This document shows, piece by piece, positions 14,150 through 27,299 of a stretch of 64,000 bases of DNA (position 1 is the stretch's first letter; every line of letters begins with the position of its first letter). Location: assembly GCA_951406725.2 (NCBI GenBank), contig OX597814.1, forward strand, positions 127,224,001 to 127,288,000, in the 5' to 3' direction. Source of the DNA: Octopus vulgaris (Eukaryota). The notes under the pieces were generated by a model. The model was not told the DNA's origin and searched no databases. It was given only the letters and a program-made list of their open reading frames with translations. Made by a program: the position numbers and the translations under genes.

Positions 14150-14454
14150 TTTTGGATTTGGTTTGCTAGATTCTTTATGTGAGTTCGTGTGTTGAAGTAT
14201 ATTCTGTTGTGCCTGGGGAGAGTTATTTTCTTTTTGTTTTTATAATTTAACACACTTACCAGTAAAATTTCCACTTCTTTCTTTTTTTTTCCCTAAAATT
14301 TTCGTTGTGTCTTGCAACCTTTTCAATAGTCTTGACACTCGAAGGATTATTGAAAAGGTTGCAAGACACAACGAAAATTTTAAGAAAATAAAAATAAGAA
14401 ATAGGTGGAAATTTTACCGGTGAGGGTGTTAAATTATAAGGCACAAAAAGAAAA
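14150..14454. repeat. Long inverted repeat (fold-back) in intron 6 with a perfect 35-bp core stem
   Basis: 14294-14328 is the exact reverse complement of 14348-14382 (19-nt loop). Outer arms ~14224-14274 and ~14405-14454 also pair. Confidence 0.92.
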
Positions 14455-14969
14455 TGAAATGACCAAAGTTAAGCAAATAACTCTCTCCATATCTATATTT
14501 ATTAGCCAGATATCCTTTTATTCTTAGCAATGCTATAAAATGGTTGGTGATAGGGAGAGAATCCATCTCTTAAAAACCATATCAGAATAGAACATATAAG
14601 AGAGACATGGTCCTCTGATACACCTACGAGGTGGCACATCTTGTAGGTGGGCAGTAACACTGAATAAGAATTGAACGTGTGTGTGTATTACATGAATACT
14701 CATTTATTCCAACCCCTTTTTATATATACATGTATATCAAGAGAGAGAAGACATTTGCCAACTGACCTATATTGTCTTGAAACGTTCCCTATTGTGTAGA
14801 TCAAAGGACCATGAAAGATTAGGCTTAAATTATTTCTGCTAGCTAATCTCAGAATTTTGAACTTGTGTTAAGGATGAGGAAATTCTAAAGTTGATTCATG
14901 AAAGGAATAGTTAAATAACTGGGTGGACAAAAAAAAAAATCTGTGTATTGGTTGTTTCAATTTACTTAC

Positions 14970-15099
14970 TGTGGTTTCATCTTCATGAAGTACTTGGTCA
15001 TATTCACTCATAGCTACACAGAAAATAATTGCAGTCACATCTTCAAAACAATGAATCCATTTCTTACGTTCCGATCTTTGACCGCCTACATCAAACAAT
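14970..15099 (-). CDS. GNAO1: G(o) alpha, exon 6 (130 nt)
   Basis: tttcag|A TTG TTT GAT GTA GGC ... GAA ACC ACA|gtaagt. Translates [43 protein letters not shown] (G3 box DVGGQ; the HEDETT ending is Go-typical). Confidence 0.98.
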
Positions 15100-15469
15100 C
15101 TGAAATGAAGACATATAACTGTGATATGGCATTTCAATATATGAAGCAGTTTTAAGATAGGGAAGTCAATGAGCCACTGTATAAAACAATAATGTTTGGT
15201 AAGAGTGAAATCTTTTGAAAACTAAGCACTGCACATATCAAAGAAATATTTTTATACTCCATCACCAATATGCAACTAAAAGCTTCAAATTTATAACAAA
15301 TATAGTCACAAATTTCCTTTTCTGGCAATTTTACAACAACAACAGCAAAAAATGCCATTTTAAAGATTAGCCAGAAAATACTTCAGCTCCACACCTCCAT
15401 TGAAGCTAAATCTTTATAGATCTCAAGTGAGAACCACAATGGAGTGCTGTGTTCACATCTAACATGATA

Positions 15470-16946
15470 CACTGAACCGCAAAAGAAAACGCGATTTTTT
15501 CAAATGTCATTTTCATATGGTAAATTCTGAAAATTTATTTCGGGGATGTAAGTGTAAATATTCCAAGACATGCTGGTTTATGGCTGAGACCCAAATTGCA
15601 GGTACCTTTTAACTTTCCCTGAAACGAGATGCCAAAACGCAGCTGCATTGAATGCCATGGGTGGCAGTCACAAACAGTTGTTATGAAATCCGAAATGCAT
15701 ATGCATCACGTGGAGGTTATGGGTATAAAAATCAACTTGAACTGCGTTCCTGGCATTTGTAATTTGGATACATCAAGTATGATCTGATTGTCAGCAGTGC
15801 AGAGAGAACAAGCTATTGGCCAATTGCAAGCAGGGCAGTGTGCCCTGGTTGTTGTGAAAGCTTATGATGTCTATGTCAGCACCATCTATTTACTTGCAAC
15901 AGCAATAGAACATCAACAACACTGCAGGCTGTGCCCACAGAGGGCGCCCCCGGGTGACCACACCAAGGCAGGACCACTTCATCCACCTGCAACACCTTGT
16001 GAGACCATTGGCACTGGACAGTGACGACATGATACAATGTCAACTGGCCACTAACAACCTGTGTTGCTGTGGTCCTGCTCAAGGGCCTGTCCTCACCACA
16101 CACCACTGTCAGGCACGAGTACAGTGGGCTACAAAGCACTGACATTGGTGGCATCAACAATGGAGGTCAATCATCTTCTCTGACGAGAGCCGGTACTGCG
16201 TTTCCACCTCGGGTAGCAGAGTGAAGGTGTGGTGTAGGAGGGGTGAATGCTATAGAGACGCATGTGTCATGGAGAGAGAGACACGTGGAGTGGCCAAAGC
16301 ATCATGGTTTGGGGTGCTATAGGCCTGAATCAGAGAACTGGGTCCTATGTGTTCCAAAATGTTGGTGCAGGCAGAGGGAATGGCATCACAGTGCAGCACT
16401 ATGTTGACCAAATCCTAAGACCTCACATTGTGCCCTTCTTCATGCATCACCATAGCCACATATTCCAGCAGGACAATGCTCTCTCCAACACAGCCAAGGT
16501 CATCATGGACTTCCTGTGTCAGCATAACATCAGGACTATGCTGTGGCTGGCTCTCAGCCAGGATTTGAACTCAATTGAACACCTGTGGGATGAAATCCAG
16601 AGATGGATGAACCAAGTGGTCCCAAGGCTGATAACTTGTGTGGAACTGGAGGCAGCCTTTCTCAGGGTGTGGGCACAGGTGTCAATGGCTTTTGTGAACC
16701 ACCTCATGCACTCCATGTACTGATGGTGTATGGCCGTTTTGAACACCCAAGAAGGGCATACACAGTATTGAACAAGTCACGTCCTACAACCTTGAGATGC
16801 TGGACACATGACAACAACCCATAGACTGTGGTCAAAGTGCATCCAAGAAATTGACTTTATCAGACTTATCAAAATTTATCTGACATTATGAAATCAAAAC
16901 ATATTTCATAGTCGCACATGTCTCGAGTTTCTTTTGTGGTTCAATG
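15470..16946 (+). mobile_element. Full-length but inactive Tc1 (DD34E) DNA transposon, 1477 bp
   Basis: TA-flanked TIRs CACTGAACCGCAAAAGAAA / TTTCTTTTGTGGTTCAATG, with an internal decayed transposase. Confidence 0.93.
15779..16771 (+). pseudogene. Tc1 transposase pseudogene
   Basis: Motifs IIFSDESRY, SIMVWGAI, FQQDNA and SQDLNSIEHLW with 34 residues between the second D and E; ends ...GHTQY*. Several frameshifts and in-frame TGA stops. Confidence 0.92.
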
Positions 16947-19149
16947 TATTACTGCTATACACACAAACATCCTAGACTGCATCCACAAAAAAAGGCCATT
17001 GATATACAGTCAATTACCAACACACTCTAATCTCTGGTTTATAGATGTGCTATCTAATTAACCTGCATTTTCTGCATTTACATGTGGCTTCTGATCCATG
17101 AAGTTGGCTGGTCTCATACCATCTCACCTGATCTACTTGTCATGTCTACCACTCTAGACTGTTCATTAATCACTATTTTTAATCCTTCTTCCCCTGTCAT
17201 GGAAGGCCTGTGGAAGCCATGGGCACAACCACTTCCTCCAGACCAAAGCATTAAAGGAATGGAATGTGAAAAGTAAAAATTCAAATATCTGAACATTCAA
17301 AGTTTAAGAAGCTTAAGGCTTTTCAAATATAATATTTTGTCAAATAGATATAATAAATTAGAAGGGTAACTCGTGGAAATTTCATAGCTTTCACTCAGGG
17401 AAATGGAAAACTGTAGTTGTTTGTTGTTACTGTGATGGTAGAGATGACAGTGAATGACAGGCAAGATAGATAAATAGAAAGAAAAGGAACTTTGAGAGTG
17501 CTAGATGAGGTGTTAACAGTGAAAGCTAAGAGTAGAAAAGAACAAAAAGGGAAGAAATGCTGAGAAATTGATACAGAAGTGTACTCATAGACACATGCAA
17601 GTATGTGCATATGCACACACACTCGAGAACTGTAATAATTTGTTGTAGTTATGATGTTGGTAGAATGTGAGTTAATGGAGGAAATGAGGGTGGTTGTAAG
17701 TAGTTAGGAGTTGACTAAACAATTATTTTTGTGGACTGAAGTTTAAAAATTTACTGGGTGATTTGTTGTTGAGCAATGACATTGGCACTACCCACCCCCC
17801 AAACCCCACTGCTGCCGTTTATCATTGTTATCTCTCGCTCTCTTTTCATGATTTCTAAATCTCTCTTATGGGAATGCTAATCTCTCACTCTATGTACATA
17901 TCTTTCTCCATGCACCATTATCAGCACCAATGTCATCTTTGTCACCTCCACCAATACCACCCTAACTAGTAAGCATTTCTTTTTCACTCTATTTAAGCTC
18001 TTTCCCTTAGCATGACATGAAATATAGGTAGATAGGAAGGAATACACTATTATATTAAATATATAGAATCATTGTCGTCGTCGTCATCATCATCATGTTT
18101 ATTATTTCTATTTTGAAAAACTATTGTTTCTCAATGGCTATAAAGTAAATTTTATTTTATTTCAATTCATAGTCTTTTAGCTTTCTCTATATATTTCTGT
18201 GAAATAATATACTTGTTGATGTTACATCCCATTCATTGAACTTATGTAGTCAATTATTTCCTAACCTCCACAATCATTGTATCTACATGTAGGAATGTTT
18301 TTCACTTAGAAAACTATGTTCCATAGAACTACTGTGACTTTTACCACCATTCAGCCTAATCTCAGAAAATTCACTAAGGTTTTGCAAGACAGGATGATAC
18401 GTTATCTTCTTCCTTTTCACCCAGACATTGGTACGTTAGCCTTATGCCATTCACATCTTATCTTTACAAAAACATAGTTTTGAAATCATATTTGCTTTAT
18501 GCGGTTCTATCTCTGTCTAAATGTCATCCTCAATGATTTCTGCCCTGTTTTTCTCTATTCTGTTCTTCCCCAAGCTCTGATGATTATAGTCCTAATATAT
18601 ACAATATTCTTGCATCATCCAACAAGTATCTCACATGTTTCCCTATCCACACCATGTCCACTACATGTAATAATCTTTACTGAGATATTACTGCACATGC
18701 CTTTCCACCATTTGTCCATCTGTTCCATTTCCTTTTACTGCAGATATGCACTGTAAAACTCTATGACTTTCTCAAAAATAATAAATCCACCCAAATTCTA
18801 TCAACTCACCAACCAGCTTTCTTCTCAACCAACATTCAACATTCAAAATCATGCTCTGTTCATCATTCTTTTGAATGAGCTTTCATTTCTATGTTGACAC
18901 CAAGTGTTTCCTTCATCAAACACAGCTGAGGATTTTTAAGTGACATACAGACAGATCTTGCAACACTAACAACTTAATTAAAGCTTAAACAGTGCTACTC
19001 TACATAAACAGCTGTCTTAGGACATTTTAATCCCACTGACCTAATTCTGAAGAAGTGTTGCTGTTATTTTGATATATCTAATTTTAAAAAGTATCTCAAA
19101 CAATTAAATATCAGCAGGCATGAGCTTCACACACTTCGACATCTCCAGA

Positions 19150-20130
19150 ACTAGAAGGACATTACAATTAAATCAACTGCCTAACAAGAGTGATACTGTT
19201 GTTATTTTAGACTTCTATTGGTAAGATGCTTTCCAAGAATCACACACTCCAGAATCAAAAACTGTTCTCCTTTACTATTAGGGTACTAATCCTATGCTCT
19301 GCATTCCCTCACTGGACCACCCTAGTTACCTCATCTTCTGTACCTGTAATTGTCCCACAGATCTATAGCTGATTTGATAAACTTGCCTAACTCCATATTA
19401 CAACCCTACTCTTACATCTCACAGACCCCTCAATTCCTCACAACTTGTATTCAGCATATATATAAAATCTCTATTCACTATCATCCCTCACATTTCTTTG
19501 ATCCTTACTTGAAACAAGCAAAATCATTCCTTTCCACTTTGCTGAACTTATCATAACTCTCAGCTATTTCTCTTGTGGGTTCTGTCAACAATCTAATGAG
19601 GTGGCCATAAGTATTAAGATGAGCCCTAATACAACCACCTTTTTGTAAGCCACAATGAAAGCCAAGACTTAGTTAGGTTGATCAGGCCTATGGTTGTTAC
19701 ATTGATGACTGTATCAGAGCTACTCCATTCCCTAGGACTGAATTTATTGCTTTATTTCTTTCATTAACATTTTCAGCGGTCTTTAGAATTAATCTGTCAT
19801 CTTCTATTATTGTCCTCAATATCTGTTACTACTGATAGTCCTCACACTTCCACTTCTGTTCATTATACAGTAATCCCTCACCATATCAGGGTTCACCTAT
19901 CGCAGTTAATTATTTAAGCTTACATCAATTCCTCCATGGTATAATTTTGCATTTACAATAAAATAAATATATACAAATTATAAAAATAAAAAAATATACA
20001 GTACAGCACTGTTTCTACTTCAGGATTTCCACCTATTGTGAGGGTTTTTGGAACGTAACACCCTTGATAGTCGAGGGATTACTGTAAACCTACTGAATCA
20101 TACTCCCATCTTCATAATTTCCACAATTCC
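19150..20130 (+). mobile_element. Penelope-like element reverse transcriptase remnant (may extend from ~18250 to ~20400)
   Basis: Decayed motifs in the expected order: FAELIITLSYF, VAISIKMSPN (GVAMGxxMxP-like), YIDD at 19698-19709, and HYKPT once the nested MITE is removed. Confidence 0.7.
19868..20084. mobile_element. 217-bp pogo/Tigger-like MITE
   Basis: TIRs CAGTAATCCCTC / GAGGGATTACTG with TA on both sides. Confidence 0.88.
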
Positions 20131-21396
20131 ATTGGTTATTTGATAAACATTATAAATCCAATCAAAGGCACAATTTCTTTTTTGCCTGGGATTATCTTGT
20201 GTTGTTAGTCAACTCAATATTTTAGTGAGCCCATGCCACTGACAGACCCTCTGTACAAAGTATAAATACAGGCATCAAAAGATAAAGTTCCCATTTCTAC
20301 AACCATGCGCCCAAAATATACAAAGCAGCACCAGACTGGTGATTTTCTCTGTTGCTGTGTGTGTCAGATAACATAGAACTGAGATGGGAAGTGAGACCGG
20401 TCCAACGTTTGCAAATATAAATAAAAATGAAAAGCCTCAATGTAATATGATGAAGTTTCTAGAAACCTACTTAACCTAAATTTACTCCTTTTATGCAGGT
20501 TGACCAGTTCTGGTAACCCCTATGATTGAGTAAGATGTAGAAGATTCCATTAAATGTTTTTCTTCTGTTGTAATATCAGTTCTTCAGACATTACAAAAAA
20601 GGATAACATGTATACTGGTTTTTAGCATAGGTACACTGTATCACTGCAAATCGTCAACCTTTTCAAAATTAAAACAGCTGGCATCAAGAAGGGAATCTAT
20701 CTGTAAAATACCACCTTAAAAGGTCCCATCCAATCCATGTCAGCCTGGAAAGGCAGACATTAAAAACAATGATGCTGATGCTGATGAAGATAACAATAAT
20801 AATTATCAAAATCTGAAGATAATTTATGCCTTTTATCAATGTAGCTATTTAATTAACCTGGATTTTAATGACTTCTATTGGTTTATGCTGTTTACTTCAT
20901 ACACTTGCTTCTCATTCAGTCCACATCTAGCTTCTACTTAAAATTGCTAGATCATTTGATCATCTTCATATTTCCAATCTACCACTACTGATGCCATTGT
21001 TAAGTTAGTGAAATACTAAATTCTTTCCCAAATCCAAGGAGATTAAGATAATGTAAAACTTCAGCTTGTAGGACAACATCACTATATTTCATACTGCATC
21101 TCTCTATCAGCTGATTCAATTGACAACTAATTTCAACCCACAAATATTCTTCTACATTAACCTCCCATTTAATTTTCTCTATTCTACTTAAATACATAAC
21201 ATTCTTAATCTTCAATATAGAGAGAAATATTTCTTTTTCAAAGTCTTTATTAATTAAATTACAAGCTTAGTGATAAAATATAATTTGCTATTATTTATGT
21301 TTATTACAATATGATTAGAGATATTTTAATTATGCCATGTTATTATTGCTGTAACAAAGTATTTATTATATAAAACATTTGCTAAAACATCTCTTT

Positions 21397-21686
21397 GTTC
21401 GTGTCCGTTGCCAGCATCGCCTGGCCCCGTGCCGGTGACACGTAAAAGCACCATCCGTTCGTGGCCGTTCGCCAGCTCTGTCTGGCACCTGTGCAGGTGG
21501 CACGTAAAAAACACCCACTACACTTGCGGAGTGGTTGGCGTTAGGAAGGGCATCCAGCCGTAGAAACACTGCCAGATCTGACTGGGCCTGACGAAGCCTT
21601 CCAGCTTCACAGACCCCAGTTGACCCGTCCAACCCATGCTAGCATGGAAAGCGGACGCTAAACGATGATGATGATGATGATGATGA
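21397..21686 (+). mobile_element. SINE/RTE-type element family A, CpG-rich (young) copy
   Basis: Two ...ggtggcacgtaaaa(a)gcacc-like units, then gagtggttggcgttaggaagggcatccagccgtagaaac and a (GAT)n tail. Confidence 0.88.
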
Positions 21687-22889
21687 AGGTAAAACAGGAG
21701 AATCACATCAAATACTTTGAAAAAAAAAATGACAAAAGAGCCTCTAACTGGTTGCTAACTTACTACAAATAACAGTCAAATCTCTCTTAAGTTATTCTCT
21801 AAAGTTCTAAAATTTTGAAAAGGGTGGGACAGCATGGGCGAGGGGAAGGAAACAGGATGATCGTAGTTGAAATGTCTTAGATCATATTGCTCAATCTCTT
21901 TTAGTTTCTACTCACCTCAACTTCTCAATATTTTACAGTGTTAAAAATTGCAGGTTTTCTTTATAATTCCTTAGTTCTCAAACTGACAACTACCACCTCC
22001 AGTAATGGGGAAATCTTTTTACCCCCCATCTCTATTAACAGATTTTACATGTGTATAACACTTCTTTTTTATCATGGTTGTGGACAAGTTATAAAAGTAA
22101 AACAAATAAACAAAAAATAAAAATAAAACAAAACTACTTTTATTAATCATAATCTATTGGCCCCCTTTTGAATCCTCACTTGACCTCTATAGAAGGAGAA
22201 ACTGACCCCCCCCCATCCCCTATGAAAAACATTGCTTGAGTCTATCTTAATAGACTGGGATGTGTTCAGTTCTTGTTTTCCTCATTATAACAAAAATCTT
22301 TCCTGTCTATATGCCAATCCACCCCACCACAGATGCTATGATAAAACAGAATCTACAATGTCCAACACCAAGTCAAAAGAAGTTGTGTAAACAAGTCTGC
22401 TGCTTCTAAATGTAGCTTGCAATGTTAATGGTACACTTAATCCAGATGGCTACAGAGAAACATAAATTCCAGTTCAACTGGTACACTTGTTATGCACATG
22501 TAATAGAATCATAATTTAAGGTGCCATTTGGCTGGTAATCTACAAACACACATGAATATATTTGCTTTAGTTTCCCATTACATTTTTGAAATGAAAAAAA
22601 AAGACTAAGTTTAAAAATGTATAAAATCATATTCATTGTCATTTCTTGTTGGATTGTGAATATCAATAAAATCTACATGGAACATATTTCATTGGCAAGT
22701 GTAATTTATTGGTTCACATAACTCTTAAAAAAGCATTGACTCTTTCATAAAATGTAAACAAATTAAACAATATATATTTGTGTTTCTTTTTTCTCCCAAA
22801 TGTTTTAACTGAGAATGTTTTATATTAAAATCAATATATTACACAAATTTTTAAAAATAAGTTAGCAATGGGGAGGAACCCCAACTTAC

Positions 22890-23018
22890 TTGAAATTTAA
22901 GTTCTTAAATGCAAAATGTACTTCTACAATACCGGTTGTCTTAACTCTAGTTCGCAGAATATCTTGTTCTGTGGGCATGTAATCTTTAGCTCCTAAGCGG
23001 TCAAGGTCATCAAGGAAA
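22890..23018 (-). CDS. GNAO1: G(o) alpha, exon 5 (129 nt)
   Basis: ttccag|T TTC CTT GAT ... AAT TTC AA|gtaagt. Translates (Y)[42 protein letters not shown](K), including switch I RVKTTG. Confidence 0.97.
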
Positions 23019-23327
23019 CTGGAAAGGAAAGAAGAATAGGTTTCAGAAATGGCTTTATAGAAGGAACATATAATAAAATTAGGTCAAAGAACATGATCAG
23101 GTAAGTATTGAAGATTGTGACTTCCCAGATGGTTGTTGTAAATAGTATGTAAGTTCTGTCACCTTGGTTACACAATTACATCTGAAGCTAGTACAGTGAC
23201 AAAACTATAAGCGGGTTGGATTGAGTTTAGGGAGTTGCTTTTCCTGATGTAACAAATGCTATCCCATTTCTGTATGGTACAAAAAATTCAAGATGCTACG
23301 ACAGAGACAGGTGCACCATTACCTTAG

Positions 23328-23490
23328 AGATAGTTACACTGCTACAATAATGGTAGCTACACTACTACAATAGAGATAACTTTACTGCTACAACAAAGAT
23401 AGCTAAACCACCATAATAAATATAGGTAGGTACATTATCACAGAAAAGATAGCTTCACTACAAGAACATAGATAACTACACTTACAACAC
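23328..23490 (+). repeat. Degenerate ~23-bp minisatellite, about 7 copies
   Basis: Consensus approximately GATAGCTACACTACTACAATAGA. Confidence 0.7.
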
Positions 23491-24409
23491 AGGTAAAAAT
23501 AAAATAAGTTAAGGGTAATAACTCAAAAGGGTCACTGGTACAAATTAGGATAATTAAGTCAGATATTGATGTACTGAATGTTATGCACACAAATCTTATT
23601 TAACTGAAACTCCTTTTTCAGGTGTAGGAAGAAAACGAAATCCCAGCAGTAATCTTTAATAACTTTCAAAGTTAATTTACATATTTAGAGGAAGGAGAAT
23701 CTAATCCTTATTTGCAAGCAAGGCTCAGCTATGGACATGTTTCAGTCTATCTGATCTTATCAACGTAGTATACTCCAACCAAGTCTGCTGATCAGTCAAC
23801 AAATTTATTCAAACAGTAAAAGAGTAAACAAAAAATTCTTAATATAATTTGCATAGCTAAAAATAAAAATGTGCTATGGAAAATAATTCAGGAATCTCTC
23901 CCTCTCTCTCAAGATTGTACTATAGACAGTAACTGGGAAATATGTGGAATTAACTGTGTAATATAGTCTTGTAAATATAGAGAACAAACTATGTATAGTT
24001 ACTACTGTGATGTAGACAATGATTGATGTGTAGTGAGTACTATGATAAAGACAGCCTTAATCTCACATAATTCAATAACAACATAAGACGGTTAGAGAAT
24101 ATCCAATACTCAAACATATGCATAGTTAGTAGTGTGATATAGGCATCAAACTACATATTCTAAATTAAATATAAGATATCACACTTAATTTTTTTTCAAG
24201 TATGGTAGCCTATAAATGTAAATTATCACAGTTAATTTAAGCATAGTACCCTTTACTTAAGTATATTGACTTCAACCAATCATGGGAACTATATGAATTA
24301 CGTAGCTATGTACAGCAGTAAAACAGTAACCTATGTATAATTAGTAGCATAATATAGTCACTAAACTAAATATGTATGCTCATTGTTGTGCATATAGATA
24401 GAAACTTGT

Positions 24410-25095
24410 TTGGACAAGTGAACCCATCTTGTTACACACAATGTCTTGATTGTCGTATCTTCCAGCCTTCTTCAAGTGTTTGTCATATTCAGTAACATTC
24501 TCTGAATTTCAAACTGAACTTTTTATTTAATCTACAGGATAGATTGTTCTCATTCCACCATAATCAGAATATATATTAGTTTTGACTGACCTAGAGATTG
24601 AACTCCTGCCCACTAGCTAAACTACTACACTTAACACTTAACCAATGCTTACATTCACTATTCCACTATTCCAAAAGACAATTAGATAATGGGAATCTGG
24701 AGCTTTTAACCTGACATTTTTTAAAGGTCATACATTTAAAGCTCCTAATTTCCATTACCTAACTAAAGGACAATGGGACAGTGAGTGTAAACACTGATTA
24801 AATGTTAAGTGCAGTAGTTTAGCTAGTGGGTGTATGTTCAATTCCTGGGTTAGTCAAAACAATATATACTCTAGTTGAAGTAGAATGAGCAAGTGACATC
24901 ACCTGTAGGAGTATAGCTAATAACAGAGTATCTGTGGTATGGATAACAGAATGAGAACACTAACATCTGTGAATTTAATAGAGGGTTCAAAATACTGAGA
25001 ATGCTAGCAAATATGATATACAAGTGAAGACTAGAGAGAACAATGGCTGAAATGTTGTGGCTGTAACAACCAAGATGAGAACACTATTCTGAATA
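24410..25095. repeat. ~680-bp imperfect palindrome centred near 24720
   Basis: cccactagctaaactactacacttaaca (~24610) pairs with tgttaagtgcagtagtttagctagtggg (~24805). Inner ttagataatgggaatctggagctttt pairs with aaagctcctaatttccattacctaa. Outer arms pair more loosely. Confidence 0.8.
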
Positions 25096-25432
25096 TATCA
25101 GTACTTGATAATAATTCCTCATCTCAGAAATTCAGATAAGACCTTGCTGCAGTCAGTAGTGTAACACAGATAACAACCAATGTATAGTTTGTATTGTGAT
25201 ATACGCAGCAACATACATATAGTTAGTATTATGATACAGACATTAACAAATGTATAGTAACAGCTATCATAAAGACAACAATCTATTTACATCTTAGTCC
25301 TGTAATACCAACAGTAACATGCATATTGTTACAACTATGATACAGACAACTCAGGTATAGTTACTACAGTAAAGATATAGTGCTGTAAACTTAATACTGA
25401 AATACAAAACTATGTGTTTGTGTGTGTATATA

Positions 25433-25662
25433 TATTTCTTTACTACCCACAAGGGGCTAAACACAGAGGGGACAAACAAGGGCAGACAAACGGATTAAGT
25501 CAATTACATTGACCCCAGTGCATAACTGGTACTTAATTTATCGACCCCGAAAGGATGACAGGCAAAGTTGACCTCAGCGGAATTTGAACTCAGAATGTAA
25601 CGGCAGACGCAATACGGCTAAGCATTTCGCCCAGCATGCTAACGTTTCTGCCAGCTTGCCAC
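25433..25662 (-). mobile_element. tRNA-derived SINE family B, full length, 16-bp TSD
   Basis: Reverse complement of the copy at 60933, with B box GAGTTCAAATTCC. TTTGTGTGTGTATATA is duplicated at 25417-25432 and 25663-25678. Confidence 0.9.
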
Positions 25663-26046
25663 TTTGTGTGTGTATATACATATTAGTTGTTATGGTCAAT
25701 CTGCGAAATAGTGATTTGTTTTGTAGGAGCATAAATATATAAGTAATTAAGACTTACACAAATAAAGTAAGCAAAATTATGAGGCCAGGAGGAGACACAC
25801 AATACATAGAGTCAGACAAGTGAATCGAAATATAAAGCAACAACAATGGAAGAAATGTACAATGAGAATAAATACACTAATAGAAGAAACAGATGAGAGT
25901 TTAATGTTTTGGGTGATATCCTTTATCATAGGCATAAGAAAGGGGGGAAAAAAGTGATACCGAATTTACAGTGTTTAAATCGCAGGCCAAGTTTAAAATG
26001 GAATTAGAGGAGAGCAGTGGAAACAAAATCAGGGCCACAATTGGAG

Positions 26047-26051
<5 letters not shown>

Positions 26052-26098
<47 letters not shown>
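26052..26098. repeat. (GA)n microsatellite
   Basis: Seen directly in the sequence. Confidence 0.95.
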
Positions 26099-26101
<3 letters not shown>

Positions 26102-27299
26102 TAAGTGGGGAGGTGAGAAAAAGAGTGAAAGAGGAGAACTAGAGAAAGTGGGAAAGTGAATGGTGTTCATGATAAGGTAAGCCTATGTATAGCAAACAAA
26201 CACACAAGTAACCCCTCCTTCTTTCTTAATTACTCTCACTGTGACAGTGTATTCTAATCAATCTCAAAGGAAAAGTTGACTTTAGCAAGATTTGAACTCA
26301 GAACATAGAGAGCCAGAGCAAATATTGAATTGTTCCATCATTCTCTCAACTGTATCAATTTGTGGCAGTGAGGTTGTATTGAAGGTGTTGCTGATGATTC
26401 ATTTGAAATAGTTAGAAGACAAATGTTTTGGTGGAATACAAGAGATGATAATGAATAATATGAGGCCTAAAGAGAAGCTGGTCATTACCAAATGATCCAG
26501 ATTTATTTATGTTTCTGCATCAAGAATCCTCTAGGTTCAATATTAAATTTTTGCAATGTCAAGGTGACCCAAGCATTGGAGACGAACTGAGACAAATGAA
26601 ACTCATTTAAGCCATGTATCATAAATCCCATAAATCAAAAATGTTGGAACAACTGCAGTTGGGAAATATATCACCTAATGTGTATGTGAACTATATACAA
26701 CAGGAAATGATATTGTTTTAACAGAGTTGTCATTCTCATGAAGTAGAGCCAAGAGTTACCAATGTTTATCACTTGGCCAAAACAAATTTTCTAAAAGCAA
26801 ATTTTGTGGTTATAAGCATACAAACTGTGCAATAAAACAAACCACTTTTAAGGAGTTAGCAGCTTTAAAAAAAGTGTGGAATTTGATAAACAAAATTGAT
26901 GATAAAAGCTCTAACACTAAAACATGTATTTACAACATTACTTTGATGGCAGTTGGAACACACAAGTAAACTGGCAGCATTGTTAGAGTTTCAGAATACT
27001 TTTCATTATTTGTTCTGGCTCTCTATGCTCTGAGTTCAAACCCTACTGAAGCTTGTGATTGATAAAAGTGAAAGTACTAAAGTGGGGCAGTGTACTAGCA
27101 GAACATTAAGAAATCAGAACTAGATGCCCTTGCAATATTTGTCTGGCTATTTGTGCTCTGAGTTCAAATCTTGCCATGACCTGCTTGTCAAAAGATTTTG
27201 AAAGGTTTGAATCATTTGAGAAAAGATAAATATAGAATTTGGTTGGATAACCAGTATATTTTCACTTATTAAGCATGTATTATTTATAAATCTCAATAA

